Source: Octopus sinensis (Eukaryota). Taken from it: a DNA stretch of 64,000 nucleotides. Of this stretch, positions 1 to 13,032 are shown one piece after another. The stretch is taken from assembly GCF_006345805.1 (NCBI RefSeq), contig NC_042998.1, forward strand, positions 53,010,001 to 53,074,000, written 5' to 3'. Both the position numbers and the translations under genes were made by a program. Each line of letters starts with the position of its first letter. The first letter of the stretch is position 1. Below the pieces are notes generated by a model. That model worked only from the letters and a program-made list of their open reading frames with translations. It was not told the origin of the DNA and did no database searches.

Positions 1-41
1 GGATTGCTGGTCCCTCTGTTGGGTCGAGGGACCAGCAATCC
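1..41. other. Perfect 16-bp GC-rich hairpin with 9-nt loop
   Basis: ggattgctggtccctc (1-16) is the exact reverse complement of gagggaccagcaatcc (26-41). Confidence 0.85.
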
Positions 42-57
42 GAGTTAACAGTTCCTT

Positions 58-149
58 AGTAGATAAGGCAATTAGAAGCATGAAATGACAAAGTGTACCA
101 GATAGTAGATAGGCAATTAGAAGCATGTAAATGACAAAGTGTACCAGAT
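58..149. repeat. Tandem duplication, ~46-bp unit x2
   Basis: agtagata(a)ggcaattagaagcatg(t)aaatgacaaagtgtaccagat twice, differing by two 1-nt indels. Confidence 0.9.
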
Positions 150-423
150 ACACCACTGAAAGGGACACCAAATCCATTGCAGAGTTAACACTGGGCTGTT
201 GAACTTGAGCTGTTGTTGGTACTCATTTTCAGCTGAATGAATTGAAGCGATCTTACCCAAGACTGCAATGTATTACTTGTCCAGCAACCATATGACCACA
301 AGCATAGCAACCTAATTCCTGTGACACATGCCATCACTTATGTGTGAAGGAATCTGTATATGTATTTTGATTATATACATTCTTTTCTGAATACATGCAA
401 AGTATGCATCTATATTTCCATAT

Positions 424-518
424 CATACATACATACATATATACATACATACATACATACATACATACATACATACATACATACATACATACATACATAC
501 ATACATACGTACGTACAT
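424..518. repeat. (CATA)n microsatellite
   Basis: Direct; explains ORFs 334..603 and 395..592. Confidence 0.95.
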
Positions 519-902
519 ATGCCAACAGAATAGAGCCTTGTAATTTCAAAACAGCTTTCCAGTCTGATGGTTTATTGACTGAGCTAATGTGATGTGTGTT
601 CACTCAACCATTATAAAGGTCAGCAAAAGCAGATAATCATCAATAATTTGAATACAGACATTGATCCTAGATATATTGGATATAACGTATGAATATTGAG
701 CAGTTAAGAAGTATCCAGTAATTAACTAATGATTAATCATTTTGGAATATTTAGCAATGCATTAAAAGTCCTTTCTTCTGTGACAGAAAACTGGATTCAT
801 AGAAAATGTACTTATGTTTCAATTAATATCGTTATCATAGAGTGTTATTAAATGTACTTGTCACTATAACCCATACTATGTAATCAACTATATACATATA
901 AA

Positions 903-1082
903 AATACTTAGTTTTTTTTAGCAAAGATTGTTCCAAATCAAGATCCAAGTTAAAATCAAAGATGAAAAAGATAAAGCAAAGAGTATATGACCAATACTTA
1001 GTTTTTTTTAGCAAAGATTGTTCCAAATCAAGATCCAAGTTAAAATCAAAGATGAAAAAGATAAAGCAAAGAGTATATGACC
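903..1082. repeat. Perfect tandem duplication, 90-bp unit x2
   Basis: aatacttag...gagtatatgacc at 903-992 and 993-1082. Confidence 0.95.
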
Positions 1083-1279
1083 AAGCTAATTATGATTTAA
1101 ATTAACAAAAACATTTATTAAAATTTATTAAACAAGACAGATATATCGATTGTGAGGAGAGATAGCTACCAATATTTGGGGTAAGGCTCTTCTTTGAAAG
1201 ATTTTTTCTCACTTCTTTGAAGACTGGACCTGCCCAAAATGTCAGAACATTAATAAAAATATTGAGCCAATGATTACAT

Positions 1280-1527
1280 CAGTGGTTCTCAATCATCTTT
1301 TTCCTATGGATCTCTTTTGTTCTTGTTTTACTCAGATAGACCCTCCTGGCCATTTGATGTTGAAAAAATGTTATATTTTTATAATTAGATATTATTAGGT
1401 ATTGTATAAAAATATTATTAAAATATTTTGTGTATTGTACAAGTGTAAAGAATTTATTGCAGATAAATTTTAACAAAATCTTAAATGGACCCTGAATGGT
1501 CATATGGACCCCAGTTGAGAACTATTG
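1280..1527 (-). mobile_element. hAT-type MITE
   Basis: Terminal inverted repeats (TIRs) cagtggttctcaa / ttgagaactattg; degenerate 8-bp TSD gattacat / gcttacag; inverted homologue of 16803-17154. Confidence 0.8.
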
Positions 1528-1934
1528 GCTTACAGAAGGCCATGGAAACCAGTGGCTACAAAGAAGGTTGACTTGTAAATTCTGAGATAGAAAATGATGC
1601 TATGCTTCTATATATTCTATTATTTGGAGAATTGTGAAGAAGAAACTGAAGATGATGGTGATGATTATAGAGAGAGTGGCAGATTCTAGATTTTTTTCTT
1701 TAATAGTGAATGATGAGCTCAGGTTACAAGCACTTTCTAACAGCACTCAAACTTATCATGGCAAGTAAACTTCAGCAAATCATATTTCATGCAACTCATC
1801 ATCAAACAGCTGGCTGTCTCATAATCGATTACATGGAAAGTAAAAGTTTGTGAAGTGTTTTACAGCTTCACTAAATGAATATTTTACTCTACTTTTGGTA
1901 ATCAAATTCTGTTTTCTCCCCCTTATTATGCACC

Positions 1935-2420
1935 CATGTGTTCACACACACACACATACAATGAGCTTCCACACAATTTCTGTCTATCAATTTTCTTATT
2001 TCTTTATTGTTCACAAGGGGCTAAACATAGAGGGGACAAACAAGGACAGACAAAGGAATTAAGTCGATTACATCGACCCCAGTGCGTAACTGGTATTTAA
2101 ATTATCAACCCCAGTGCGTAACTGGTACTTAATTTATCGACCCCAAAAGGATGAAAGGCAAAGTCGACCTCGGCGGAATTTGAACTCAGAACATAATGGC
2201 AGATGAAATACCGCTAAGCATTTCGTCCAGCATGCTAACGTTCCTGCCAGCTCGTTGCCTTCTGTCTACCAAATTTCTGCTCACTAAATGATTTCATTCT
2301 GACCAATCCAAGATTATGGTAAGTAAAAGTCCTTTGTCCACTGCCCTATGCAATAACATCAAGCTAGGAACTATAAAAACTACAAAGTGAACTTCTTAAC
2401 CATACAGCTGGATATGGGTG
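1935..2420 (-). mobile_element. tRNA-derived SINE family B, interrupted by a family A copy
   Basis: Family B segments on both sides of 1990-2262, with duplicated ttctgtcta(t/c)caa. Confidence 0.7.
1990..2262 (-). mobile_element. tRNA-derived SINE family A
   Basis: B-box-like gagttcaaattcc on the minus strand, shared family body, internal ~34-bp duplication at 2071-2145. Confidence 0.9.
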
Positions 2421-2758
2421 AATGTGATTTAACTCATTCATTATGATATTTCTTTTGAAATACTCTTTGTTCGTTTCAATTAATTATCATATTTTCCAGC
2501 ACACAAACTAAATTTTCCTGACCAAAATTTACACCTAAAAGAAGTAGGTCAACTTATAGACCAAAATAACTTAGGAGGACAAAAAGTTTCATGTAAAATT
2601 TAATAGGATTTGATAAGATAGTGTCGATGTTTCAATGTCTACACTACATATTTACATTATATACTACATCAACTTGTATGCTAGAAAATACAATATGAAA
2701 ATAAAGAAGAATTTAATAAAACTTTTCGTTGTTATTAAACTGGTGCTTGGAACATAAA

Positions 2759-2963
2759 TTGACTTAAAATTTTAGCACAGGGTCATCAATTTCGTGGGAA
2801 GGGATAAGATGACTCCAGTGTTCAACTGGTACTATTTTATTGAACCTAAAGCAATGAAAGGCAAAGTCAGCATTGGTAGAATTTGAACTCAGGACGTTAA
2901 GATGGATGAAATACCACTAAGCAGTTTGTTCAGCATTCCAACAACTCTGCCAGCTTGCTGCCT
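2759..2963 (-). mobile_element. SINE family A with 15-bp TSD
   Basis: TSD tgcttggaacataaa at 2744-2758 and 2964-2978. Confidence 0.9.
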
Positions 2964-3137
2964 TGCTTGGAACATAAACTAGCATGAAGTTTTGATAGAA
3001 GGTTTTAATTAAGATTATTTTAAAATAGTGATTGTGTCTCATAGAACCAGATGCAGTTTCAGGCAGCTTAAGTGATTAAGCTATGTCAGAATTCAATAAA
3101 CGTGACATATGTATGTTAATGTAAATTTGTAAGGGTT

Positions 3138-3444
3138 GTGAAGGTGCATGGCTCAGTGGTTAGAGTGTTTGGCTCTCAGTCATGAGATAGTGAGTTTGAT
3201 TCCTAGACCGGGCTGTGTATTGAGTTCTTGAGCAAGACATTTTATTTCACATTGCTCCAGTTCACTCAGCAGTTGAAATGTATTGCAGCGTCACTAGTGC
3301 CAAGCTGTGTTGGCCTTTGCCTTTCTCTTGGATAACATCGGTGTCATGGAAAGAAGGGGCTGATATGCATGGGCGACTGCTGGTAACTTTCTAGGTGCAA
3401 TTCCATGGTCATTCAATACTGAAGGGGGTCTTTACCATTTACCC
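3138..3444 (+). mobile_element. tRNA-derived SINE family D
   Basis: A/B-box-like head tggctcagtggttag...gagtttgattcc; homologous to 24982-25315 and 61986-62306. Confidence 0.85.
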
Positions 3445-4179
3445 TATTTATTGATGTATGTTTCTTCAAATACAGATTTATTCAAAAAATGATGCTAGTA
3501 ATACATTATGCACTCTAGTTGCTTACATGCATATATATGTAGTACAAGTATGAATATGTGGATGTATTCAAGCATTTTGAGATTTTATTGTACCGTTCAT
3601 AGTTTTATGACTTTACACTGAGTAATAATTGAGCTAGTTTTAAAGTTTGCTTTTATTACTCTATCAAAATGATAATTACTAATTGCATTATTACATTTGA
3701 TTAGAGTTAATGGCTAAAAACAAACTCTATAAAGTATAAAAATACATACTTTTATATTATATCCATTTTTTAATGGATACAATATAATGGTACTGAAGTT
3801 AATATAAATATTTCCCCTCCCATAATTTATGGCCTTATACCTAAGTCAGAAACTAATATTTTTGAATTGGTAAAAGTTTATTCTGTGACAGACAGTGGCA
3901 ACAAAGACATTTGATGTTACAGTTTTAAATTCTCAGGTGTTTAATTATTTAGAGGAATATTTGAAATAGCATAGCTTGTCAAATACAACAAGAAAGGTGA
4001 GGAAAAAAATGTTTACATCGAAAGTCATAAGTTTCTACTGATGATATATAGACATATTAGTTACTTTGTAAGCATATTTATTGTTGTGAATTTCTCCAAA
4101 GATTATGACTAAAACACATAAGTAATACTTTATGTGTATTTGCTATGTGCACATATGTGTGCACATGTAAATATGTCCT

Positions 4180-4420
4180 CATCGTCATTTTAACTGCTAC
4201 TTTTCTATGCTTGCATGGATCAGATGGAGGGTACTGAGGCAGATTTTCTATGGCTAGATGCCATTCTTGTCATCACCAGCCTTCACCTGTTTCCAAGTAG
4301 GGTAATATTTCCTCATGTCCAGACATTTCTATCTTTTCCTTTTTTTTTTGCAGAATACTGGAAATGAATGACACTGCTTGTATGACAGTGGCAATCATTT
4401 ACATCATGTAAAGTAAAGAC
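4180..4420 (-). mobile_element. Degenerate RTE-type LINE 3' UTR fragment
   Basis: Resembles the reverse complement of the LINE 3' end at 42350-42540. Confidence 0.55.
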
Positions 4421-4427
4421 AAGAAGA

Positions 4428-4622
4428 CACATGCACACACACACACACACATATATACACAATGGATTTCTTTCAATTTCTGTCTACCAAATCTACTTAA
4501 AAGATTTCGGTTGGCTCAGAGCTATAATGGAAGACACTTGCTCAAGGTGTCACACAGTAAGACTGAACTCAGAACCATGTGGTTGGGAAGCAAATATCTT
4601 ACCACACAGCCACACCTTTTCT
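4428..4622 (-). mobile_element. SINE family B
   Basis: Family B head and body plus (CA)n. Confidence 0.8.
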
Positions 4623-4854
4623 ATGTATATGTATTGATGTTTTGTATTGTTCAAGCTTCATATTTTCATAAAAATTAATTAAAAAACAAAAAGATCTGTA
4701 GTAGTAGTTTTTCATTTTTTTTCTCTAAGAGCAGTTTATTGAAAATTTCTTTAACTATAGCACCTATCCTCTTTTACGATACGTCGCCAATCTCCACGGC
4801 TGCTGGCAATTGCTTCCCAGTTGCTAATATTGATGTTGCAGACCTTCATCAGAG

Positions 4855-5105
4855 AGAGAGAGAGAGAGAGAGAGAGGAGAAGTGGAAAGACAAGAAAAGA
4901 CGTCAACAAGAAACTATGACATTACAACAAGCCAGGAAAAGTCTTCGCTACATTTGTGGCACCTGCCAGAGGGAGTGTTTGTCCAGGATAGGACTACACA
5001 GTCACAGCAGGAGATGTATTAGGACATGAAATGTAAAAGCCGGATTAGATTATTTTATGCGCAACTCCATTGTCTCCCGAGACAAAAAGGATGCCAACAA
5101 CAACA
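4855..5105 (+). mobile_element. 3' end of a second RTE (BovB-like) LINE family
   Basis: Encodes YICGTCQRECLSRIGLHSHSRRC, the typical RTE C-terminal Cys/His motif, followed by attgtctcccgagac and a (caa)n tail. Confidence 0.8.
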
Positions 5106-5199
5106 AAATAGCACCTACCAGAAGAGGACTGGAATCGATTTTCTTTATCTTTTGCTTGCTCCAGTCATTGGACTACAGCTATACTGGGGCACCAACTTG

Positions 5200-5590
5200 A
5201 AGGGTTTTAGAGCAGCAAATCAACCTCAGTACTTATTTGTTTCTTTTTAAATTCTGGTACTTATTCTATTAGTTTATTCTATTATTTGCCAAACCACTAA
5301 GTTATGGGGACATAAACAAACCTATATTGGTAGACAAGCATTAGAGTGGGGGCAAAGACATACACAGACACAAAGCACACACGTATGTATATGAAATGTG
5401 CTTCCACATAATTACCATCTACCAAATTCACTCACAAGGTTTTGGTCAGCCTGGAGCAATAGGAATAGCCATTTACTAAAGTTCTACACAGTGGGGCTGA
5501 ACCTGAAACCCCCATTTTTGCAACTCGAGGTTCTTGAATACACAGATTTATCTACACCTATAACCACACATCCACGCCAGCTTTATTGGT
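5200..5590 (-). mobile_element. SINE family B, near full length
   Basis: Homologous to 28344-28738. Confidence 0.8.
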
Positions 5591-6039
5591 TTATTACATT
5601 CATTTCATATGATAATTTATGTTCAGCAGTGTTAAGCACAGATTTCCAGTGGGCCATTGGTTCACAGCAAGTGAGATACCAAGAATAACATTGGAGTTTT
5701 TACTTCAATGCTACATAAATATATCAGTTTCAAGCAGTTTTCTGTTACAACAAAGTAGGAATAAAGCTCTTTATTCTTGAATAAAAGTCTTATTATCTTT
5801 AGTGCCTTACTGGAAATTAGCATCTGTACTTCCATCTCCTGGTATCTAACTAAATCGTCTTTTATCTTACTGATATCCATCTTGTACTAACATCTGTATA
5901 AATCTGATTTATAGTTACTATTTTCCATTAGTTCTAACTCAACTCTGGATACAAACTTCTGCTGTTTACATAAGATAGACGGACTAACAAATAACCTTCA
6001 ATTTTAAGCATAGGCAACCTTTACCAAGAAGCAGGCTAT

Positions 6040-6088
6040 GTGAGACATGGCTTTTCATCAGGTGAGACATGGCTTTTCATCAGGTGAG
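6040..6088. repeat. Tandem duplication, 22-bp unit x2.2
   Basis: gtgagacatggcttttcatcag repeated exactly. Confidence 0.9.
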
Positions 6089-6741
6089 CCACACTACTAA
6101 CAAAATTCCAAGTTAAATTTTCATTTAGGCATGTAATTCAGTAAGTCCTGTGAGCTACATGTTTCCAATGACTGTTCTGTGTGGTCATATAGCCTACTAT
6201 AAATAACAGCATTACTTTAAAAAAATTAAAATGTATATTGAATAGTATAGTCTGAGATGCAATATTCCTGCCAACAAGAAGGGGCTTTCACTGTTGCAGA
6301 GCCTTTATTCATAGATCTGATTGCTCAGAACTGGCTTTGGGATAAACAATGACAACAACACAAGAGAAGCATGTGAATTGCCTTGCAAAAGTATTATTTG
6401 CAAAAACCATTAAGAAGTCATGAGAAATAGTAAGAAACTCAAGGGAGAGCTGAACCGCAGAAGGTCTTCAGAAACCTTATGAAAATGTTTCAACCCTTGA
6501 CTCTTACACTCTAAGCAGGCCAAGCCACATCCAGGTCATGACTCCTGAATACCCTTCTGACTCTACATTCTGTGCTACTGTCTGCATTGCTGTCCTCTTG
6601 GATGGTTAATGTTCCATAGAGTCAAGGATTCGTGGGTGTTCTAACCAGTTCAGTCTGAGATGTCAGAAATAATCTCACATACTAACTAACACCTGATAAG
6701 ATCTACTGCAACAACAACAATTATCTTCATCATCACTATAT

Positions 6742-6948
6742 TGGTTTCAAATTTTGGCACAAAGCCAGCAATTTCAGGGAGGGGGTAAATCGATTACATT
6801 GACTCCAGTACTTAACTGGTACTTATTTAATTGACCCTGAAAGGATGAAAGGTAAAGTCAACCTCGATAGAATTTGAGCTCAGAATGTAAAGATGGGCAA
6901 AATACCACAAAGCATTTTGTCCGACATGCTTACGATTCTGCCAGCATG
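6742..6948 (-). mobile_element. SINE family A
   Basis: Family motifs gattctgccag, tttgagctcagaa, aaggatgaaagg. Confidence 0.85.
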
Positions 6949-7339
6949 CAACTGGCATCATGTTCATCATCACCATATTAACATTCGTTTTCCTATACTG
7001 GTAAAAATCTACCATACAACAATATTATGTCCTTTATCTTCTTATCAAACAGTCTGAGGTTTGTCCTCATCACTTCTTTCCAAGTGTTTACTGGTCTTTC
7101 TTTGTCTCAGATTTTCCTGTCAGTATAAAGCAATTTTTTGCACAATACTAATAATGAAAACCATACTGAAATAACCCTATTTTTTCATCAATATCTCTAG
7201 TTTATGAAAAGATTGGGAAATATACACTGAGAAAGTACTCAAAGTATTTAAGATTTAGGAAGAAAATAAGCTACTTATATGAAATGCAGTTCAGGTTTGT
7301 ATTAGGACAGAGTATTATCAATGCTATAGCTAGTGAGAT

Positions 7340-7570
7340 AATGAGTGTTCTTAGCTTAGAGCAAGAAAGAACCTAGCATTCTTTGATCAGAAGACAGCTT
7401 CTGACAGGAAACAGGTGTGAATAGAAGGTTAGTGAGAGCCAAGCAAATCTTAAAGAGGATGACAAAAAGACAGCAACAAGTGTAATGATGCTGGGTTGAA
7501 AAAGAGCAGTCCATCCCATGCAAGCACAGGAAGACTGATACAAAGATGATGATGATGATGATGATAATGA
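7340..7570 (+). mobile_element. Degenerate RTE 3' UTR fragment with (GAT)n tail
   Basis: ccatcccatgcaagcac...aaagatgatgatg resembles the LINE end at 42480-42540. Confidence 0.55.
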
Positions 7571-8786
7571 TGATTGCCACCACAACAACCATCAACATAT
7601 ACAATGTCCCTATTACCCACATGAGTAAACAGTGTATCTATGCTTAAAAATAACTTGAGTAACTGAACTATTTTGAGCTAAGTGTCTTTACTGTAGATAC
7701 ACTGTCACTTTGGTGACTATGCAAACTGCTTATTCTTTGATTAGTAAGTCATCACACATCGATTTTTTTTTTTTCAGCAGCAACTCTCCTCATGATAATA
7801 TTAAAATACTGATAATTAATATCATGATCAGATTTAACATCAACTTTTTACAAACAAAAAGAAAAAAAAAAAAAAAAAGAAAAGAAAGTTCAAAGCTATG
7901 ACATTAGAACTAGTTTCTCTTTACTCATATACATTTATTTTTCTGCTCCACTGAAAAGCAATATCTGCAACGATCTATAAAAGGTAAATTAGAAATTGTA
8001 TAATGAGACATTAAGCTATACATAAAAATTCTACCAAATTTATTGTATGTAATAGATATATATTATGAGGAAAAAATAAAAAATGCTGGAATTACGAAGC
8101 AAGTAAAATATAATTCCAAGAGACATATCTACATGACATTGCTATGACCTTAACTGTTATAAAATAAAGTATTGAAGAAAACTTGATGTAATTGTAAGTT
8201 ATTCGAACACTACAGAATTTACAAGTAAATTGAGTTTACTGTACATTTGATATATTATTCTCATTAATCACAATTATTTCCACCATTTCTTGTTTATCCC
8301 AACAATGTGATAACTTGAAATGTTTCTGCATGTATAACAAATAATTAAATTTTCAAAAAAAAAAAATTAAAAAGAAAAAAATATGATTCTAAAATAACCA
8401 AAGTAGATTTCTACTCACTAATTGCTACTTAATTGCTATTTGCATTTTTTTTTTATATATTAATTTTAGTTTGGAATGAAATGAAAAATCCTATAACACA
8501 TTAGTTTACATTACTCTCATGTAACCTAATCTTTTCTCTATGAGTGTGTATGTGTTTGTGTGGGCATGCATATATAAGTCAGTGTGTGTTTGTGCATATG
8601 ATGGTATGAATGTGTGTATTAATTCAAATTCTTAATCTGAAACTTTCATTTAAAACCTTTTATTGTATTCTCCATTAAAGCAATTGCATGGCTGCACTGA
8701 TGTCTTCCACTTTCATAATAAAGATTGACCGTCTTTAGAATAAATCATTCAACAATTAGATGTTAGCTAGAATTACAACAAGTACA

Positions 8787-8788
8787 AT

Positions 8789-8850
<62 letters not shown>

Positions 8851-8885
8851 ACAAATATATATATTTGCATACACACACACATATA
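8787..8885. repeat. (TA)n/(CA)n microsatellite
   Basis: Direct. Confidence 0.95.
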
Positions 8886-9399
8886 TTTGTATACATACAT
8901 TGACTGAAGTTGTAACAATGCAACCTATAATATATGCAACACATAATACATATACATCAGGATCTCTACTCTATTCTGCTAATCAAATCTACCAGTGACC
9001 TTGCAGTTATAGAGATGCTGAATATGAGGTGGTGATTTAATGAATGAAATCAAGCATGCAGGAAAATAATGGAAACAAACAAGTGGAAAAAAAGAAAAAC
9101 ATGAAAATAAAAAAATAAATCTAAAAGAACCAATTTTAGTGGCAATGAAACAGAACTAATTTTTCCATCAGACATAAGAAGTTGCATCAACTTATTTAAC
9201 ATGCTTGTTAGAAAATTTCTTCAAAAATTTTATCTCAGACTCAATTGCTTTGTTGTAGTGTTGATACTTCATTATAAAAACTACATGAGTACAACTGCTT
9301 TTTTCCTAGTTAAATCTAATTCTATGTAAATTTTTTATTATTACTATTTATTTATTATTATTATTAGTGGTAGTAGTATTAGTATTATTATCATTTTTT

Positions 9400-9592
9400 A
9401 AGGTTCCAAACTGGCAGAATATGTTAGCATGCCGAGCAAAAGGCTTAGCGGAATTCTATCTTTCTTTATGTTCTGAGTTCAAATTCCACTTTGCCTTTCA
9501 TCCAAAAGGGGTCGATAAATTAAGTACTAATGAAACACTGGGGTCAATGTAATCGACTGATCCCCAACCTCCAAATGTTAGGCCTTGTGCAA
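9400..9592 (+). mobile_element. SINE family A
   Basis: ctggcagaat head, gagttcaaattcc B-box-like motif. Confidence 0.85.
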
Positions 9593-9699
9593 ACTTCTTA
9601 CTCCCCAGCAACACCTATATCCATATACATGTATTACTGTGTTGACCAGACTATTTGATGTTGTTATACACAGCTGATCACAATGCACTTCCTTTCATT

Positions 9700-9922
9700 G
9701 TTGTAGCTTTCAAATGACCCCACACCCTCTTGGTTAGGTTGGCAGGCCAACATTCCTCCTGTACAGAATGTCATTCCATTACAGGGTTACCCATTCACAG
9801 CAGAGTTGACTGGAGCAACATGATAACTCTTGATCAGGAACGCAAGCACTGGCACTCTGGGAATCGAAACCATGATCTTATAATCACGAGTGCAACACTC
9901 TAACCACAAGGTCATGCACCTT

Positions 9923-9925
<3 letters not shown>
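9700..9925 (-). mobile_element. tRNA-derived SINE family F
   Basis: Minus-strand tRNA-like head (plus reads gaatcgaaacc...ctctaaccac). Confidence 0.7.
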
Positions 9926-9957
<32 letters not shown>

Positions 9958-10719
9958 GCACATACATACATTTCCAGTACATTATCTGCGGGTTTTGCTA
10001 CTAGAATATTTTCATTAGTGTTGAAGTTCAGAGGAAATATTGTCATTCAACCCATTTTGTGTGCATGTGTTTGTGTGTGTGCATGCATGTGCATGTGTAT
10101 GTGTCTGTGTGTTTGTGCATACACTTAAAATGAGACACTGTGCATTCACGTGTTCTAGGTTTGCATTTCTCAATTAGAGAGTCATTGTAAGGGATTTGGC
10201 TGATTTTGGCAGGTCAAGCGACTGTGCGGAGTCTCTTTATCACCTTATTAGTTACCATGTTATGAAGCATTGTAATGGAGGATGTGATGAATGGAGCATA
10301 TTAAAACTGACAGATTTTATTGGTGTTAATAAATGAAAAAATTGACAAGTTGAATGAATATGGCAGATGAAGGTTGACTTGTAGTGGCTTGTTGGAACAG
10401 TTGAAAGCAAATTTGGAGGTAAATTGATTACAAACATTTTAGTATTCTTGGTAGAACTGAAACTGGTCATGCCTCATGTTTCTTAGAAGAAAAAAGGAAA
10501 TATCATCATTGATGTTGTTGTCATCATTGTCATACAACATCCAAATTTCCATACTTGCATGAGTTAGATGGAATTTGTTGAGACAGGTTTTCTATGGCCA
10601 GGTGCCATTCCTGTCACCAACCACTACACTCTAATTTCCAAGCAAGGAAATATTTCCTGAGACCAGACATGTCTTTAACAGAAGAGTGGAATCAAATGAC
10701 ATTACTTCTGTACCTAGTT

Positions 10720-11230
10720 AATAAGGTGTTGCACTCATAATCACAAAATTGTGGCTTTGATTCCTGGACTGGGTGATGCATTGTAGTGTTGAGCAAAACA
10801 GTTCATTTCCCATTGCTCTACTAATCGTGGTCAAAAGTTAGGAACATTTTTTTAACTTAATTAAAATTGTTATGCCCTATATATGCTCCAACCAAATATA
10901 ACTTTGAGCTTTTAATATAAAAATTCTAATTTTCAGAACTAGGTTCCAAACTTTTGGCTAAGTAATAACACATTGCAAATGAGATATAACTTTAGGCATT
11001 TAATATAAAAATTCTATTAATATAAAAATTCTAAATGAGATATAACTTTAGGCATTTAATATAAAAATTCTATATTTTAGACATATGTTCCAAACTTTTG
11101 GCCATGACTGAAATTCACTCAGCTGTAAATGAGTAACCCTACAATGGACTGGCATCTCATTCAAGAGGAATGATGTGATTTTGGTCACTTTTATGCCATA
11201 GAAGCTGTGTAACTGGCCCCGTGAGTCTTA
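10720..11230 (+). mobile_element. tRNA-derived SINE (family F-like) split by a MITE
   Basis: Head ...ttgctcta resumes as ttcactcagctgtaaatgagt after 11110. Confidence 0.65.
10822..11110. mobile_element. Tc1-like MITE
   Basis: Imperfect TIRs tcgtggtcaaaagttaggaaca (10825-10846) and tgttccaaacttttggccatga (11086-11107), 3 mismatches; TA TSD not clear. Confidence 0.6.
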
Positions 11231-12834
11231 AGAATCAACACAGAAATATCTAGGGATTTACTACTTCCATTTTCATTCTAAAAGACATTAGAAAGCAGTT
11301 GTTTTTCCTCTTCTTAGAATACTCCAAACATTTGGTTTATTTTTAGTTTTTATCATAAATTCCTGACTTGCCTTCATTTTTTTATATTTGATTTAATTCA
11401 ATTTGATTTTATTATTTTTGCCTTATTTCTTGCTGTATTCTATAAATCTTTTGAAAGAAGACAATTGAAACAGGCTATAATTTTTATTTATTTATTGTTT
11501 AAGTTTTAAAATTACTTAAAAATTGCATCACATTTTAAGAGATCTATTAAATCACGATGTATTTAAATGTTTCAAAGAAAATAAAGATTAAAACTTTTAA
11601 TAATTACTTAAATTGGAAAAATAAATAAAAAACATTGTTTTGTGCTTTAGTTGAATTTATGTGAAACAGTAAACACAAACCAATGAAATTGAAATGTATT
11701 GTAAATTATTTCCTCCCAGCTAAGATATAAATTAGTAGCTTCCTTTTGTTAAAAAGTGATTTGCAGCTCAAATGTCTTCTTCAGCATTGGGAAAAAAAAA
11801 AACATTCTTCACATTAAATTTAGAAAGCAAGTATTCTAGTATATCAGGTTCAATATCAGATCTGAATCTGAAACTAAATGGAAATGTTTAATATAAATTT
11901 AATCAAATGATTTACTTATGTAACACATGGTATGCCCTAGTGATAAGCTATTATAGGGAAGACAACCTCTTCTAGATTTATCTAAGTTGAGGCAGATTTG
12001 AAAGTTTGGGATTTACATAAAAGAGTAAAGAAGGTGTACAGAGCTTACACATTTAATAATTTTGCTTCTACACATTATAACGATCATAAAGGTTCTAGTC
12101 ATTGGTACCCATGTAATGTGCCATTTCATCCTTCTTTAGCATCGTCAGCACAGTATAACTTGTGACAAATAAATTAAACTAAATTCAACATTTTTATGAA
12201 TGTTTACCACTGTAAACATTTCATTAAGTTGCTAATGGCTTTTATCCAAGCTTCTATAAAGTGGTTAAATGTGAAAAATTATAGATTAAGTCAATCTTTT
12301 TGAAGTCATATCTTCCAAGTGAATATTTTTCCTTAACTTACTTTGTTAATAGTGAAGCAGGGATGCTAGCTTCCTATAGATCAAATTACAGTTGATTCAT
12401 AGTCAATCTCAGAAATTACATGATGAATCTTGTAATTCACTCATTTAGTACTAGCTTTGTTTTTATTGATGTGGTTAGTATAACAACACAGTTTAATTTC
12501 TGGAAACCCTGATGCTACATTTCCAAAAATTTAAATCTTAAGCTCTTTGTAAATACTCCTTTGATTAATGACGAAAAAATTCTTAGAATATACAGATTTG
12601 AAAATGTGATCTCAATTGAATAAAAAACACGCAAACCTAAACCTTAATCTAAAATTACTAGAGTTGACCCTCTTTTTCTAACCACAAAATGTTTAAGAAT
12701 CAATTTTTTTTCTTTCCTCAATTTATTTTGAGAAAGGGTAAAATATAAGCTGAAATAAGTGACATTGGAATCTTTATTTAGTGATTTTAAAATTTACCAA
12801 AATGATAAAACAAAAACTTGGTTCATTTAGAGAG

Positions 12835-13032
12835 GGGTTTTTGTCTTTCACAAGGCCAGCAATTTCAGAGAAGGGGTAAGTAATTACATCAACCCCAGTG
12901 CTTAACTGGTATTTATCAGCCCTGAAAGGATGAAAGGCAAAGTTGACCTTGGTGGAATTTGAACTCAGAATCTAAAGATGGATGAAATGCTGATAAGCAT
13001 TTTAGCCCGACATGCTAACGATTCTGCCAGGA
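12835..13032 (-). mobile_element. SINE family A
   Basis: Family motifs. Confidence 0.85.

Noticed and set aside
3138-3215. tRNA-like sequences here and in other SINE heads
   Set aside because: A/B-box-like motifs are present but there is no complete cloverleaf, and they run into SINE bodies; not tRNA genes.
5662-5880. ORF MDISKIKDDLVRYQEMEVQMLIS... with GTAAG donor-like sites
   Set aside because: Protein-like but unrecognised, with a weak acceptor; ORFs this long are expected by chance at this AT content.
6040-6088. CTGATGA in each 22-bp unit (minus strand)
   Set aside because: No stem II or GAAA; not a hammerhead.
7697-7743. Plus-strand AG...GTAAGT segment (IHCHFGDYANCLFFD or YTVTLVTMQTAYSLI)
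   Set aside because: Two open frames, no homology, no supported neighbouring exon.
11770-12378. Minus-strand candidate exons EASIPASLLTK (12347-12378) and FRSDIEPDILEYLLSKF... (from 11867)
   Set aside because: Phase-compatible but unrecognised; cannot be told from chance without RNA data.
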